This document shows positions 37,401 through 50,360 of a stretch of 63,277 nucleotides of DNA, piece after piece; the stretch's first letter is position 1, and every line of letters begins with the position of its first letter. Location: NCBI RefSeq assembly GCF_002571385.2, contig NW_019217917.1, positions 583,240-646,516 on the forward strand, given 5' to 3'. The translations under genes were made by a program, and so were the position numbers. The notes under the pieces were generated by a model. It was given only the letters and a program-made list of their open reading frames with translations, had not been told where the DNA came from and ran no database searches. Source of the DNA: Stylophora pistillata (lineage: Eukaryota).

Positions 37401-37655
37401 ATGAGGTATGGGATTTGCTGAGAAATTCGTGCATGAAGGAAAAAATAATTGAAGAAAGGAATGACAAAAAATGAGACAGGTAAAATTAATTCCAGACTTA
37501 AAGAAGTAAAAAATAAGATGTCAAATAGGTAAAAATAATTCGAAGAGTGGATATAATTATTTACAAGACACCACAAAAATAACTGAACAAAAAGTTTTAT
37601 TGATTCTGTATTAGTCAAAATAATTAATATAATTTTGACCAGAACGAGCCCCATA
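34492..37655. mobile_element. IS3EU-type DNA transposon, ~3.2 kb
   Basis: About 185-bp imperfect TIRs (34492-~34674 / ~37475-37655) beginning TATGG and ending CCATA; exact 6-bp TSD GAAATC (34486-34491, 37656-37661); internal IS3/rve-like integrase. TAY..RTA termini with a 6-bp TSD fit IS3EU as I recall its description. Confidence 0.85.
35980..37110 (-). pseudogene. IS3-like DDE transposase (integrase core) with one in-frame TGA
   Basis: ORFs 36856-37110 (HTH-like SWKKIANM..VSVSTIQRRRREFG) and 35980-36810 are in the same frame, joined by *RVSECLGRVDPIG. Motifs WHIDSGHKL, CDYGMEN and HNSRVER supply D, D and E. Confidence 0.85.
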
Positions 37656-38357
37656 GAAATCAATTACTGTAAATTCCTCAAGCCATAACTGTAATTAGAA
37701 ATTCAGTTCTTGTGATGCGAGTACTAAATGATCAAAACTGAAGAACTTGGTGCATTTTCTACTGAGGCACGAGTCGTTCAGAGCAGCTAACAAGAAGTAG
37801 AAGTATTTTAGAACTGGCAGTTCTTTGTACGTTTATGGCTACCTACAAATACGATTGTAAAGACGAGACAGACCATTTTGTAACTGTAAAGAAAAAAAAG
37901 AAAATCTCTTTTTTAACATGGAAATATCTTGTCATGCGCAGGGTGCAATAAATTGACTGACTGCGATTATTTTTCCGGTGTGAACATAGTACTAACTATG
38001 GAGTGAATGAAGGGAGAGGGAAACGTGGTAGTCTGGAACCTAATTCGCTTGGGTTCTTGGTCGGATGTCGTGACATCGTGACAGACCGGGCTTGAGCCAT
38101 CAAGCACGGTTAACGATAGCACAGCCGCAGGCTTCCTCTTAAAGGTCAGGTGTAACAACTTCGCACTTATACACACAATCTCAGATATAGTTTTTTTAAG
38201 TTGTCAGCCTTAAAAAGCCTTAAAATTGATTAGGGAATTACCCCGCGGTCCTTAATAGTCACGCGATATATGGTCACGCAATATCATTGTGGTCGTGCTT
38301 ATGAGCACGATTCTGAAATAACGGGCTAGCACTGTAATTCACTGCATTAATTTTGGA

Positions 38358-39215
38358 ATGGCCGAAGAACCATTTAGCGTCCAGAAGGTGCAAGGGTACG
38401 AAAATGTGTATTTGTTTCGGGAGAGGTTTTTTGATTCTCCAAATCAAGCTAACATTTGGCTGGTCAAAGGCACGAAGAAAGATTTAGTCATCGACACAGG
38501 GATTGGATTGTGGGATCTCCCTGGTTTCCTCAAACAAGAAGCTTTGATCGGCGACAAACCTGTAGAAGCCGTGGCTACTCACGTTCATTTTGATCACTCA
38601 GGAGGACTTCACCAGTTCGAAAACTTCGCTATTCACAGCCGGGAGGCCGAAGCCATTCGCGGTGGAAACAACTACGAAACAGTCTCTATTTTTACAACCA
38701 CGGCCGAGATTTCTGTTCCCCCTTACAAGGGATGGAACATTCAGGACTACCATGTGAAACCAGCTTAGCCTTTCGAAGTTTTAGAAGAAGGATACGAATT
38801 TGATCTTGGAGACCGAAAATTGCGTGTGCTTCATTTCCCCGGTCACTCCCGAGGCAGCATCGGGTTAATAGATGAACAAGCTCGGATCTTGTTCAGCGGT
38901 GATACTATGTATGACGGATATGTGATAGACTGGCTCCCTTACAGTGATATTACTGCATATGTTCAGACGTGCGGAAGACTTCAAGAACTGTCTAGCCAAG
39001 TAGATAAAGTTTTTCCCGGCCATTTTAACTCATTTGATGGGAAACGACTCCGTTCGTTAGCTACTGAGTATATCTCCAGAGCTGGGGCTTGTCACAAAGT
39101 TTCTTCAGCTCTGATGAAGGGTATTGCCACCATGGTGTTAAAAGCTAAACATTCTGGTAACATCCCCGCGAAGTTTTGTTACCACGCTTGTTGCTGCTGT
39201 TGCTGCCTGGTGTAA
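38358..39215 (+). CDS. MBLAC2: Metallo-beta-lactamase domain protein 2 (acyl-CoA thioesterase MBLAC2), intronless, in-frame TAG at 38766-38768 (possible pseudogene or null allele)
   Basis: ANIWLVKG, VIDTG, THVHFDHSGGL (HxHxDH), PGHSRGS, LFSGD, DWLPYS, PGHF. The two listed ORFs are one frame split by a single TAG. Confidence 0.88.
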
Positions 39216-39284
39216 ATTTGATGAGCCTGTTGGGGTATTCCACAGACCTCCCCCCCCTAAGCCTGTTGGGGTATTCTACAGACC

Positions 39285-39830
39285 TCCCCCCCCCTCCCCC
39301 CACCCACTCAGAAGAAGGGGTACTTCCTTTTAAAGGTGTAGAACATCTCTTTTTCTTTCAGGGGATAATTTGTGTGAATTGTCGCTTACTTTTTCGTTTT
39401 TATGAACCTGAAATGACAACAACTAGTGATGTAGCAGTACCTCATAGAGATCTGAGGTTGTTGTTAAAAAGAAGTGTTCAAAACTGTTACTATAAATAAA
39501 ATTCCCTTTTTTTCAAAATCAAATGCTCATTGCCAAAAGCTACCTGAGAATTATTTCCTCCTGGGGGTGAAAACAGACCTTCCCGCCCACCCCACTCAGA
39601 AGAAGTCCATCCTTTTAAAAGTGTAGAAAATCTCTTTCTTTCAGGGGACAAAATCTTTGAATGGTTGCTAGCTTTTTAGGCTGTATGAACCTAAAATGAC
39701 AACAACTAGGGCTGTAGCAGTACATCATAGAGATCTGAGGTTGTTATAATAGAAAAATTCCTTTTTTGTTTCAAACGTTCACTGCCAAAAGCTGTTTGAG
39801 AATTGTTTCCTCACAGGCCGATGAAAACAG
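39285..39830. repeat. Diverged ~280-bp tandem duplication 3' of MBLAC2
   Basis: CCCACTCAGAAGAAG...GAACCT..AATGACAAC..GTAGCAGTAC.TCATAGAGATCTGAGGTTGTT...TGCCAAAAGCT...GAAAACAGA occurs twice. Confidence 0.8.
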
Positions 39831-40039
39831 ATTTGGGCCATGCCCAATAAACAAGATGCAGTAAGACTTGAACTGTCCCATATCTAAAATTGAGTTCTCT
39901 TCACTGTCAATCACACAATTCTTAAATGTCAGTAATAATAATAGTAACACCTTTATTTAGACACGATGTTTAAAGCTGAACAGCTTGTGGGGTGTGTGTA
40001 AATCTAAATAAACTCTAAATTAAATAAATTCAAGTGATG

Positions 40040-40136
40040 ATGGTTTTTGAGGAGAGGGGAAAACTGGAATACCCGGAGAAAAACCTCTCAGAGCTGAGTA
40101 GAGAACCAACAAACTCAATCCACTTATGACGCCGGG
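40040..40136 (-). mobile_element. SINE fragment with V-domain-like core
   Basis: Minus strand reads GGTTTTTCTCCGGGTATTCCAGTTTTCCCCTC, resembling the V-SINE core. Confidence 0.55.
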
Positions 40137-41174
40137 TGGTGTTGAATCCAACCCAATCTCACTGATTGATACATTGCCATCTCATCATAACCTTGCTTGA
40201 AAATGTTATGATATATATTGTAAGGAGAAATTCGGTTTTTGGTCACTTCTAGTGAGAAAGGAAAGTGACTCAAAGAATAAGAAGGCTATCAGAGATTTCC
40301 TGAAAGGTGTCCTTGTTATAAATTAATTCATGGGTGAGGGCCTTCCAGGAACAGGGACCCCTTTTATAGGCCTAGCCCTGGAGTAAAATGTGCTTGTTAG
40401 GTAGATAATCTAGATAGATAGTTCATTGATAGATGCTGTACAGCCAAAAGTTGAATAATATGATAACTACTGGGTACTTAAAAATTTATACTGATATATA
40501 CATAAAATGGACTACCAGTTGTTTAAAACAAGTTTGTTCAAGAATATGTTGTTTGTAAATAAAATATGTTGAAGAAATGTGAAAGTCCAGTAAAATCATT
40601 CCGGCTTGAAGGGCATTAAAAGTTATTAAACTGTTACAAAACCTGTAAGTCTTGAAGACTCTGTATGTTCTTGGGTTCAAGGCACATACAAGTGGGAAGG
40701 CCATTGAGCTTTTGGCTGTTTTCTCTAATAATTAATTAATAATTAATGTTAATAATCTAATAATTAATGTTTTCCCTAACTTCCCTGAAATAGTTTATCA
40801 AATATTTCTTGACAGTGGTCTCAAATTTTTTATTGAGCAAGATTCAACCGATGCCTCATTATATAAGTAAAAAGGAAAGAAGAGGCTCATTGCACACTTT
40901 TTTACTTCTTCAAGCTAATAATAATAACAATGATAGATTTCATATATGGCATATTCCCGAAGTGGCTCTTCATCTGCTGTTTCCTGGTCAAAATTGGAAC
41001 CTGGAGTGTTGGTTTTTTTGGTGTGGACCATTGGTCTAGCTCTAGTATGCATTGGTGGTGTAAAAACTCAGGCCAAAGAATCAACGGTTTCATGTTTAAT
41101 TATTTAATGCTTTATACGAATACTTTCGCTTACAATCATGAGTCATGAGGGGAACAACGTGAAAGCAAATGGGC

Positions 41175-41388
41175 TTAACCCTTTGATCTGTAAGAGTGAC
41201 AAGCATCTAATTTCTCCTTACAATATCACCCCTGAAGCATGCATTTAAAGTCGTGAGAAAAGAGGAAATAATCACCAATTACAGGGGCTCATGATTGTCA
41301 AACAAATTCTCTTTGTCAGCACCTTAGGAAAGTTCTAGTGAACAGTATGGAGAATATGCATACTGACATTAGGGTGTAAAGAGTTGTT
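41175..41388. mobile_element. piggyBac-like MITE (TTAA-CCCTTT...AAAGGG type); many decayed relatives (e.g. 15248-15420, 15850-16065, 32420-32525)
   Basis: TTAACCCTTT start and GGGTGTAAAGAGTT end; shared internal GAGAATATGCATACTGA motif. Confidence 0.65.
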
Positions 41389-42115
41389 ATTGTACATTCT
41401 CTTACACCATACCTACAGACAATAAATTTTATACATGTAGAATAGAAGTGATGTCATACCTTCAGACAATAGTTTTATGGGCTCTTGTCTTTAAAAGTGC
41501 AGCTCCGGAATATGCTTAACAAAACAATCATTGGATTTGGTTTCCACAAGATAGCAATAATTACTAAGGCCTCAGTTTGTGTTATTCGCCTCAGCCTTCA
41601 ACTTTGGCAGATAACACAAACTTTGGCCTTGATAATTCTTGCTACCATGCTCAACCTCATCCAAATAATTGTTAGTTTTCACATTTTGAGATTAAAAAAG
41701 CATATTACCTAATTATCCAAATTTCTCTTTCATAACTTTAATTACCAGTATACAAAAAAGTCTGTCAGGAAACTTCTTGACATAAACAAAGTGCAGTTAT
41801 TTCCTTTAATATATGCAGTGCCTAATGTCTTTTTACAAAAGCATTGATCTTTCATCAGTACTGGCTGTCTATAAGATGAAAATGTCAGTATCCATGTAGG
41901 AATTAATCAGTTTTTCAATGCAGGAATTTGAAAATGACCCTTACTCTAAAAATCAAAACACCGTCTTTGCTTGATGAAACAAATGGCCTCATCAAAAAAT
42001 GTTTCAAGTTTATCAGCTGTATCCTTATCTCTTTATCAGCTTTATTAAACGTAACAAAATTTACATGACAGTCCCAAGCTTAGAGGTGATGTCAATCCTA
42101 CTTCACTTCTCATTT

Positions 42116-43833
42116 TCACCTTCTTTTCCAGAACAGCCAGTGTAAGAGAACGGGATTAATGATTGTGAAAGCAAAGAAAATCATTTTGGACCAAAATCCC
42201 ACTGAGTTATGTTCAACATTTCTCTCCAGTTCATTAACTCTGCTATTTAGACGCTGTATCTGCAGGATGAATTTTCTTGAGTCGGGAGAGTCACCTCCCA
42301 TGTAATGACCAACATCACTGTCACTGTCTAAAGGAGTTCCTTCATCTATCACCTCTAAACCAACAGCAATGCTGTAGAAAGAATCAATTCAGTTGAGAAG
42401 GAAAAAAAACAAAAAAAACCTGCTCAGAGCGATACTATGCACTCTCTATCCAAAGGCATACTTTTATGGAGCTCATGGTGGGGGGGCAGGGCTCAACACT
42501 AATGGTAGCCCACTAGCCATAGACTAGTAGAAATTCAGTTTTGACTCGTGGTTTTCGATTTCCACGAGCCAGTTTGGCTAGTAAACAAACTGAAATTGTC
42601 GTAACATCTAAGATGTAACTAGCATGCTGCCAGGCACTTGGCTAGTAAGTTGAAAGTTAGGNATGATGTGGGTTCTTTAACGTCCCCTGCCGAAATTAAC
42701 TAATAAAGTTAGTAATAAGGGGTTGAAAAGGTCAATGTGTCAACAATTTTGTTGATGATCACAGAGAGCATTTTTAGTCGTTTTTACAGCCGTAAAATAT
42801 CATTACATCCCAACAAATACCAGTAAGATAACACCAACGCCCTCCCCCTCCACCCTAGCTAGAAAGTCCTGCCAGTAACCTTAAACTTTTTAGTTGTTAA
42901 TTGTAATAGTAGAAGTCTTCACAAAAATAATTAAATCAATAAATGTACCCAAAACAAACATGCAAGGTTCAAGAGAGATAGGCATTTGAAAAAAAAAAAA
43001 ATGCTAGCATGGCTACAAAACAGAATTATTCGACCAATTGTGTCTTTGGTCTATGATGTTTGCACGATAATAACATGATTTTGAGAACAATTTGGTGTTA
43101 ATAAATAAGATTACATTTGTAATACTCGTGTATCAACTTTGCAGTTGTGTTAAATGAAAAATGCAACCGTTTTCAGCCAATAAGAAGCGGGTACTTTTTT
43201 CATGCATATTATTATTATCTTAATCAAACTAAAAGAATATTCTCTTTTTAACCAAGGATCAAATATATGAATCTCGATCTCAAAATATCAACCTTATTTT
43301 CAAACAAATAACATGTATGGTCAATCTTTAGGCAAAGAGGGGGCAAAACAGGACCATCGAGCCTTTACTGAAAACAAAAAACCAATATCATTAGTTTTAA
43401 CACACCTTTCATCGTCAATATCTCTAACGGCATTCGTTCTACGCTCTCTGTTTCCACGAGCTGCTGTTGGCGATCCACTTACAGGCGCAGTGCTAGTTTG
43501 AGGATAATGCGCTGATTTTGTATCGTCAACGGTCAGAGTTCGTGGAGGAGTTATCATGCTACTCAAAGAGTTGACTGCCACCATTTCATCTTTTAAATCT
43601 CTCGGAATGTCACTTTTGGGCGAGTACGAACCAAGTTCGATTCTGTCAGGGATCGACATGGGCACTCCATCGCCTGGAATCTTTTTCGGTCCGTTTGATT
43701 GGTGATCTTCTTCACCTCCTGGTACAGTGATGGTCTGCGGGATCCTCATTTTTCGCGAGAGATCTTCGTTGACTCTTCCGTCTGGGAAATCAAACGGTGT
43801 GTTTGAAGAAAACTCGGATGTTATCCCCGCCAT
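42116..43833 (-). CDS. MFF: Mitochondrial fission factor / Tango11-like, 2 exons, 227 aa
   Basis: Exons 43833-43406 and 42371-42116 join at phase 2. MFF motifs KMRIPQTITV, MSIPDRIEL and TPPRTLT; coiled coil IQRLNSRVNELER; C-terminal TM anchor ending WLFWKRR. Confidence 0.9.
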
Positions 43834-44878
43834 TTTGTTGATTTCAAAGGGATCTGACGGAATCTGACTGGATCTGACGGATGATCTGACAACCCAATAG
43901 ACACTGGTCAGCAGTATCTCCAGAAAGCTTATTTCTTATGTGGTGTATGACTCATATAGTAGTGTGCCAGGATAAGTTACAACGGCTACATGATATAACG
44001 CGTGTCTGATTGGCTAATAGTTTACGAAAAAGAAATGGTGGATCACAGAGATGGTTCACGCTGACACCATTGTCTCAAAAACCTAGAGTTACTCTCGGCT
44101 GCACCTCGAGCAACCTTACGCTTCTCTCTTGCTCTCCAAACTGCCCGCGTGTATTCATCATTCGATACTCGCACGCTAAAAATGAAACAATTCTTTCAAA
44201 AGGGGTAAGTTTCTCAAGAAACTGTGGAGTTCCGTCGGTTGGGGGGGGGGAGGAGGGGTAATATACGATAATATGGTTTTATCGACTGAGTTTGGAATTT
44301 AAATTAGCCAGAGTTTCTGTAGCTGACGCTTATGTGTTAGCTCTTCTTCAGAGCCCTTCGATTCGCTCTACTGAGTGACAAAGGGCTAACGCTCGAATCG
44401 TCAGCTTTAAAAAATCTTTACGGGGACCAATTTACATAAAAAACTAAATTTTTAAAATCAAATTATATTGTTAACATATCAGTTTGCTCAGGTTAGCTTT
44501 CACATGGCTTTCTTTTGTAAAAAAAAAAAAGGCGTAAATGGGAAAGAAATCATTCATATTCGTGAACTGAGGAATCCTAAGTTAAAGACTTGCTAAATAT
44601 TATCTTTAAGTTAGTATGATTGCTCCGAAGATACAATGATATAGTAATTGCTCGATACGAGTTATTAAAACAATGGTAACGGAAAGGTATCTGAAAAAAA
44701 ACATACTGCTACACAGCATTTGTTATGTCAAGGAAGAATGGCCAAATTGGTGCGCCAGGTCCGCTACAACAATTCGTCCTAAATGAAATACTCTTTGGGT
44801 GTGGTTATGTTGGAAATCTGTGGGTACTCTGCAGAAATAGAGTCTATTTCAATTATCNNNNNNNNNNNNNNNNNNNNN

Positions 44879-45206
44879 TTTGTGTCCTCCTCCACTGGTG
44901 CACTATCGGCCCCATCATCTTGTGCGGCTTCAACTCCCTCTTCAGCTGTTTCGAAGGCTTCGTCGTCCGGTACTTCTTCGGGTTCATCCTCATTCGTAGG
45001 GGCCTCATCCTCAACTTGTTCGCTCTCTTCCACCTCAGCATCATTGGGTTCCTCGTCGTAATATTCTGCTTCATCTTCTTCATCTTCCGTTGGCGCATTA
45101 AACGATTCCGCTTCGTCATCACTCGTCCATGGCTCCTCTTCACGATAGAGCGATTCCTCAGCATCTTCAAGAGGCAGATCTTCCTCAGCCTTGCTTTCGT
45201 CATCTT
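44879..45206 (-). CDS. Highly acidic (Asp/Glu ~50%) protein exon; gene incomplete
   Basis: Acceptor TTTTTGTTAG at 45207, then about 109 open codons with about 54 D/E and 2 K/R, non-repetitive at DNA level; runs into an N gap. Confidence 0.65.
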
Positions 45207-47377
45207 CTAACAAAAAGTCAAAAGAAACTGTAAATTAATCGATTTCGGGCCGAAGGTCTTAAAAACAATTTGCAATTGAGCGTCTAGAGTATCAAGGGAT
45301 TGCTTTGGTTTTCCGTTGCTAAGTCCTGTGATTGCCCACACAACTTGCGTCATCTTCTCTGTTGATTGCAATACGTCATATCTAGTTGTTTTCCCCTACC
45401 CGCGCAGTACTGGGTTTAGTTTGCATGTGATGCCATGTGTTCTAGTTTCTTGTCGTTGTTTTGTTTTAGTCACTTTTCCATGGAGTCTACAAAAGTCACT
45501 TTTCCATGGAGTCTACAAAAGTTATTATCTTAAAATTAAGAATCCGATTTTACGAGTCAGATGATACGAGTGAGATTGTATAGATTGAAACACATTTAAC
45601 GGGTTTAACAGATCAAGTCGAACATTTATTCTACATCCTCAGTCAGATGCAAAATTTAAACTAAATTTAATCCCAACTTTGTCACTCCCAGTTTCCAGCG
45701 CTTTTGGCTTCTTTTTTTTTCTTCTTTTCATTTCTTTATTTTTTCTTTTGAGTTCTCATTGGCTGCATGAGAGATTTTCTGGGGATCCGAATTTTACTTT
45801 GCTAATTTACTGTGAAGATGATGATGGTGATCATTGCAGTAATAACTTAAAATCGTCTTGAAACCATGTTTCTCTATTGAATGATATAATTATAAAGACT
45901 ACTGAAAGATTAGAGTTACCTATTTTGAAATGATGAGGCCAAGACAAAGTTTGCTTTTAATCACCGATCGTCGACTAGATTTAATGATCGACTAGATCTA
46001 ATCATCGATCGACTAGATTAAATTTGCTTATTCTTTTGTGGTGGAATGTTGTGTAATTAGTGCCGTTGTTTATATGCTGAGTACACGACAGCTCCAAAAT
46101 CTCCACATTTATTGAACAAGCCTTGATGTTTGCGAATTGAACAGAGGACTTGCGTGTTTTTGTTTCAGCAAGTAGGTAAGTAAGTAAGTAAGTAAGCAAG
46201 TCAACTTTATTTAAAGAGGGTGTACACATGACACCTTACGCTGACAAACCAGTGGCCCTCAAAACTAAGGATTAGTAATTAATACATGCAAGTCTAGAAT
46301 TAAGATTGGAACTAGCCCAACAGAGTAACTATTAAAAACAAATATAAATAGAATATATAGAATAAAAAATATATTACAATATAGCCTCAAAAGATTGATT
46401 GATTTATTTTCGTTGCTTATTGCTGAGTACACGACCGCACCAAAATGTCCAAAGTTATTAAACAAGCTTTGATGTTTGCGAATTGAACAGAAGACTTGCG
46501 TGTTTTTGTTTCAGTCATTACAAAAGAGACCTTGCTTGCAGTCCAGAGCTGTGAACGAGAATGTTCACCTTTCACTATCCTGACTTCAAGTTGTTTGGCT
46601 GCATAAAATTGTATTGACCTGGAAAAGGCCAAGAGAACTCAAACTTTCAATTAAGTCTTATTATCGAGGATTTCGTGCGTTACCCCTGTGTTAAACTCTT
46701 TGAGTATTCTTTTGTTAACGCTTAAAACAAGGGTCTGAGAGTGACAACTGTTTTTGATGCACTGTTGTCAACTGGAGAGAAACGAGGAATTTGTTTTTCA
46801 TTCAAGCTTCTGAGAGCACTCGTCATTTCACACGCGGTGAAACAAAAGCGTGCATTTTATTTGCAGCGTTAGGGTGTGTCTTGCACTGTGGGGTAAAATA
46901 TTTCCATGTCAAAGGGAACTTCCCTAGCATAAAGCTATTGTAATTGTCTGTTCTCCATGAAAGATTAATTGGATTTCTATCTTTTACTTGCTATAAAAAG
47001 ATAACGAAAGTGCAATTTCTTGATGAGAAATGCGCTTTGCCCCTCGGGGTGTCATGTTTTCATGTATGCTAGCTCGCCTCTCTCACTGAGAGCTGTTGTA
47101 CTTCTCCATTCTTCGTGAAAAGGCAATTGAATTCGCTTTTCTTTGTGGTTTTCTACAAGTTATGCTTGGATGACGAAAAAGCTTTTATCAATATTACTTG
47201 TCATATGGCGATTAATTACCGGAAAACTTCCCCAGTTAACCAAGGCTAACGCTTATTCCGAAGCACTTAGATCAATCGCCGCCCAGCTCAGTGTTATTCT
47301 AGCGATGTTATCAGGACGATAAATTCTACGAACCATATCTTATAGCCAGTTATCAGTTTTCAAGTTGAATTCAAATA

Positions 47378-48255
47378 TCCTTTACTGATCAAGTTCCTTA
47401 AAATACTCGAGTCGGTAGAATTGGATTCCCGTGCAGTTGCAATTAAATATGAACTTCTTAGTTTATGAATATTGCATGCCTACAAAGTGAACAAAAGACA
47501 ATCTACTTCGACTTCTAAATTACTTGTTCGTCTAAACGGTCTTCCTTCAGCCTGTTATGTAAATTTCATTCCAACACGTACATGGCAAAGACGTTGAACA
47601 TCTTTTAAAGTTCATTAATAATAAATATTTTGAATAACACATTCTCGCACAGAAAAAACAGCCTTTGATGCGAGTTGGAGAAGACGGGAAAAATATTATG
47701 CATAATGGTGATATTGGTTCATAACATGTCGAAAAGGTTTGTCCATAGTTGTTCAAGCGCAAAGAAGAGCAAGATCCTTCAAATTTACCCAAGTAGAAAA
47801 AAAAAAAAAACCCTTTACTGATCAAGTTCCATAAAAGATTCGAGTATGTAGAATTGAATTCCCGTGCAGTTACGATTAAATTTGGACCTATGGGTTCTTG
47901 GATAATTCATGCCTGAGTAGTGAACAAATTAAAAGGCAATCTACTGCGACATCTAAATTGTTCGTCAAAACGATCTTCCGCCTGTCATGTTAATTTCGTC
48001 CAATACAAGGTAATTACGTTGAAAATTGTTTAATGTTCGTAAATCATAAATATTTTAAATAGCATTTCCCGCATAGTTTGCATCAATCTCGCAACTTTTA
48101 TTATGGGTTGAAAATTATTTAATCAGCCTTTAATGCTAGAGAGGACGGGAAAAAATTTATTTAGAATGGCGATATTGGGTCATAACAAGTCGAAAAGATA
48201 TTTCCATAGTTATTCAAGCACAACGAAGAGCAAGATCCTTAAACTTTTCCCAAAT
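47378..48255. repeat. Diverged ~430-bp tandem duplication
   Basis: CCTTTACTGATCAAGTTCC...TTCCCGTGCAGTT...GAAGAGCAAGATCCTT at ~47379-47780 and ~47812-48240. Confidence 0.85.
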
Positions 48256-50360
48256 GGCAAAGCAGATTTTAACATGTTTGATTCCAACACGAGGTAAATA
48301 TTCCTTAAAGCCCCCGCTAATGCGATTTTTGAAGGGAACAAGAAACAAAGAATTCGTAATATCAGAAAGTTCGGGTTAGCTGCTAGTTTGGTAAGTTTAG
48401 TGATGATTTAGCGGAAGCTCGAGTTCACCGAGATGGGACCGCAAAGTTTTAACGTGATCAGTCTGAGGTATTCATGGAAAACAGAGCAGTTGGAGATGAT
48501 TATTTAAACAATCTCTCCGTTCTGTGATGAAAGTTAGGCGCTCAGGAATTTGTCGTGGTTCAATGACTTGCTGCATATTTCCGAAAGTAAACATATCGCA
48601 AAAATAAAATCATAACTGGCTTTCAACTTTCTTCTTTTTTTTCCACTCCTGATCGTAGGTAATATTTGGCCAGAATATCTAACCCGCCCATGTCAGTGTA
48701 CCTATTTGACGTCAATTTGTACTAGAAAGTGATATCCAAGCCTAGAGCCAAAAGTTTAGAAATCATTAATCTTTAGATATATATATTGCTTAGGTTTACC
48801 AATTGTAATTGTGATAAAATTTTTCAGCTCGAATCATTATGTTTGCTCGGCCTTGAAGAAGTTCAAAGACAACTTTCTAAATCGACCACAATTCGAAAAG
48901 ATGACGATCTTTAATTTGATCGTAGTCAAATGCATTTGGCTTTTTATCCTCGATTTTTCATCATTCGTCGACCGTAACTTGGCCATGTTTCTGTTTTATG
49001 TGAAGTACTGAAAGTTTTGCGTGGGATTATTTTTAGGGCGGATCTTTGCCCGCAGCCATGTGAGCGATAAATAAAACTGAAATATTTTTTTGTTTTTTCT
49101 CGCGGCGTTCCTGTATCTCTTAATAATACTGGTTGCTAAGTACAGCAGCTATCTGACATATAGTAATCAAAAAAAGCAGAACGAGCTTTCGGTTTTCCAT
49201 AAAACGAGCCTAGCTTTCCAAGTTGATTTTTTCGGCAAAACAACTTCACGTCCGGTTCGCTATTTCCATGTTTACTCAGGCAGAATCTATTCGAAATTTA
49301 CTCTGTTTCTCGTCACTGAAACTACACTTCATTCGTTTCCGTCCAGTCTTTTCACTTTAGTTGTCACATTATCTGTCAACTGATAACTTTAGGATCATAA
49401 TAGCTTTGATTGCGAATGAAACTGCTGGAGGAAATTCAATAAACTGACGGAGGCAATCCTCATTTTCTAAACAACTGCTTTGAAATATTACCTGTTCTTC
49501 ATCCAACTTTTCTTTGCGGTAATAGATATAATAAAAAAAACGATTACCACGTAGGCAACTTACATGAAATTCGACGTTTATCGGGTAATGGTTATTTAGT
49601 TAAGAATTTAACCCATTTACCGACGACTATCGCAACTGTCGAAATAACAGGAGCGAAATTTTCTTTATTTTCGATCCTTTTACGTGTTCAAGGCATCTCG
49701 CGCCTTTAAATGATCAATACCGTTCAGAAATGTTTTACCGTCGAGTTAGGTCGGGCTTACTGTTCTAGGGTATAAATGATAAACAATTTCGGCACCTAAA
49801 CTACAAGTTTTTACGAAAATCATAATTTTCCGTCCCACTAATGTCTCGATTTTGAATCGGCTAAAATGTTTTGCAAATTAATTAGTTTTCTTTAGTTTTC
49901 CACCGGGAAAATTCACCGCAAACCATTCCTTGTTTAAATTTCACTAGAGTCTGCTCGCTTGAATTATAACGTTACAAGGACCAATATTTTCATATCTTCG
50001 CGATTCAAACCCTCTCTAGCAACAAAATTTTAAAATTTACTGTGCCCTGTTCCCCCTGCGGCGAAATTTCCGCCCGTAGATTCTGGAGTTTCCAACATTA
50101 TCTATTCGATTTTGTGTTTTGAAACGCAAATTTCGATCCCTTTTTGGTTTTTTTTTAAAAAATGTGCAATTAAAACAAATTCTTTAGACGATATGTCTAG
50201 AATTACCCGTACTGAAAATGTAGAATATAGCCCGATTTCTATTGGTGAAAAAACGAGTCGACGATTCCGTGTTAAGAGCTTTCATTCTTTGCACATTTTT
50301 GACAAAGTTGAATTTATTAACGAGAATTTTAGAGCTATACTGTAACGAAAGTGATAGTAT

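Noticed and set aside
38766-38768. Selenocysteine or pyrrolysine recoding in MBLAC2
   Set aside because: Sec uses TGA, Pyl is not known in animals, and the position is a non-catalytic linker.
44725-45210. Hydrophobic and Ser-rich + strand ORFs
   Set aside because: They are antisense shadows of the acidic exon.
46070-46515. ORFs 46002-46229 and 46417-46632 sharing ETKTRKSSVQFANIKAC
   Set aside because: They reflect a ~100-bp local non-coding duplication flanking a LINE tail; no coding signature.
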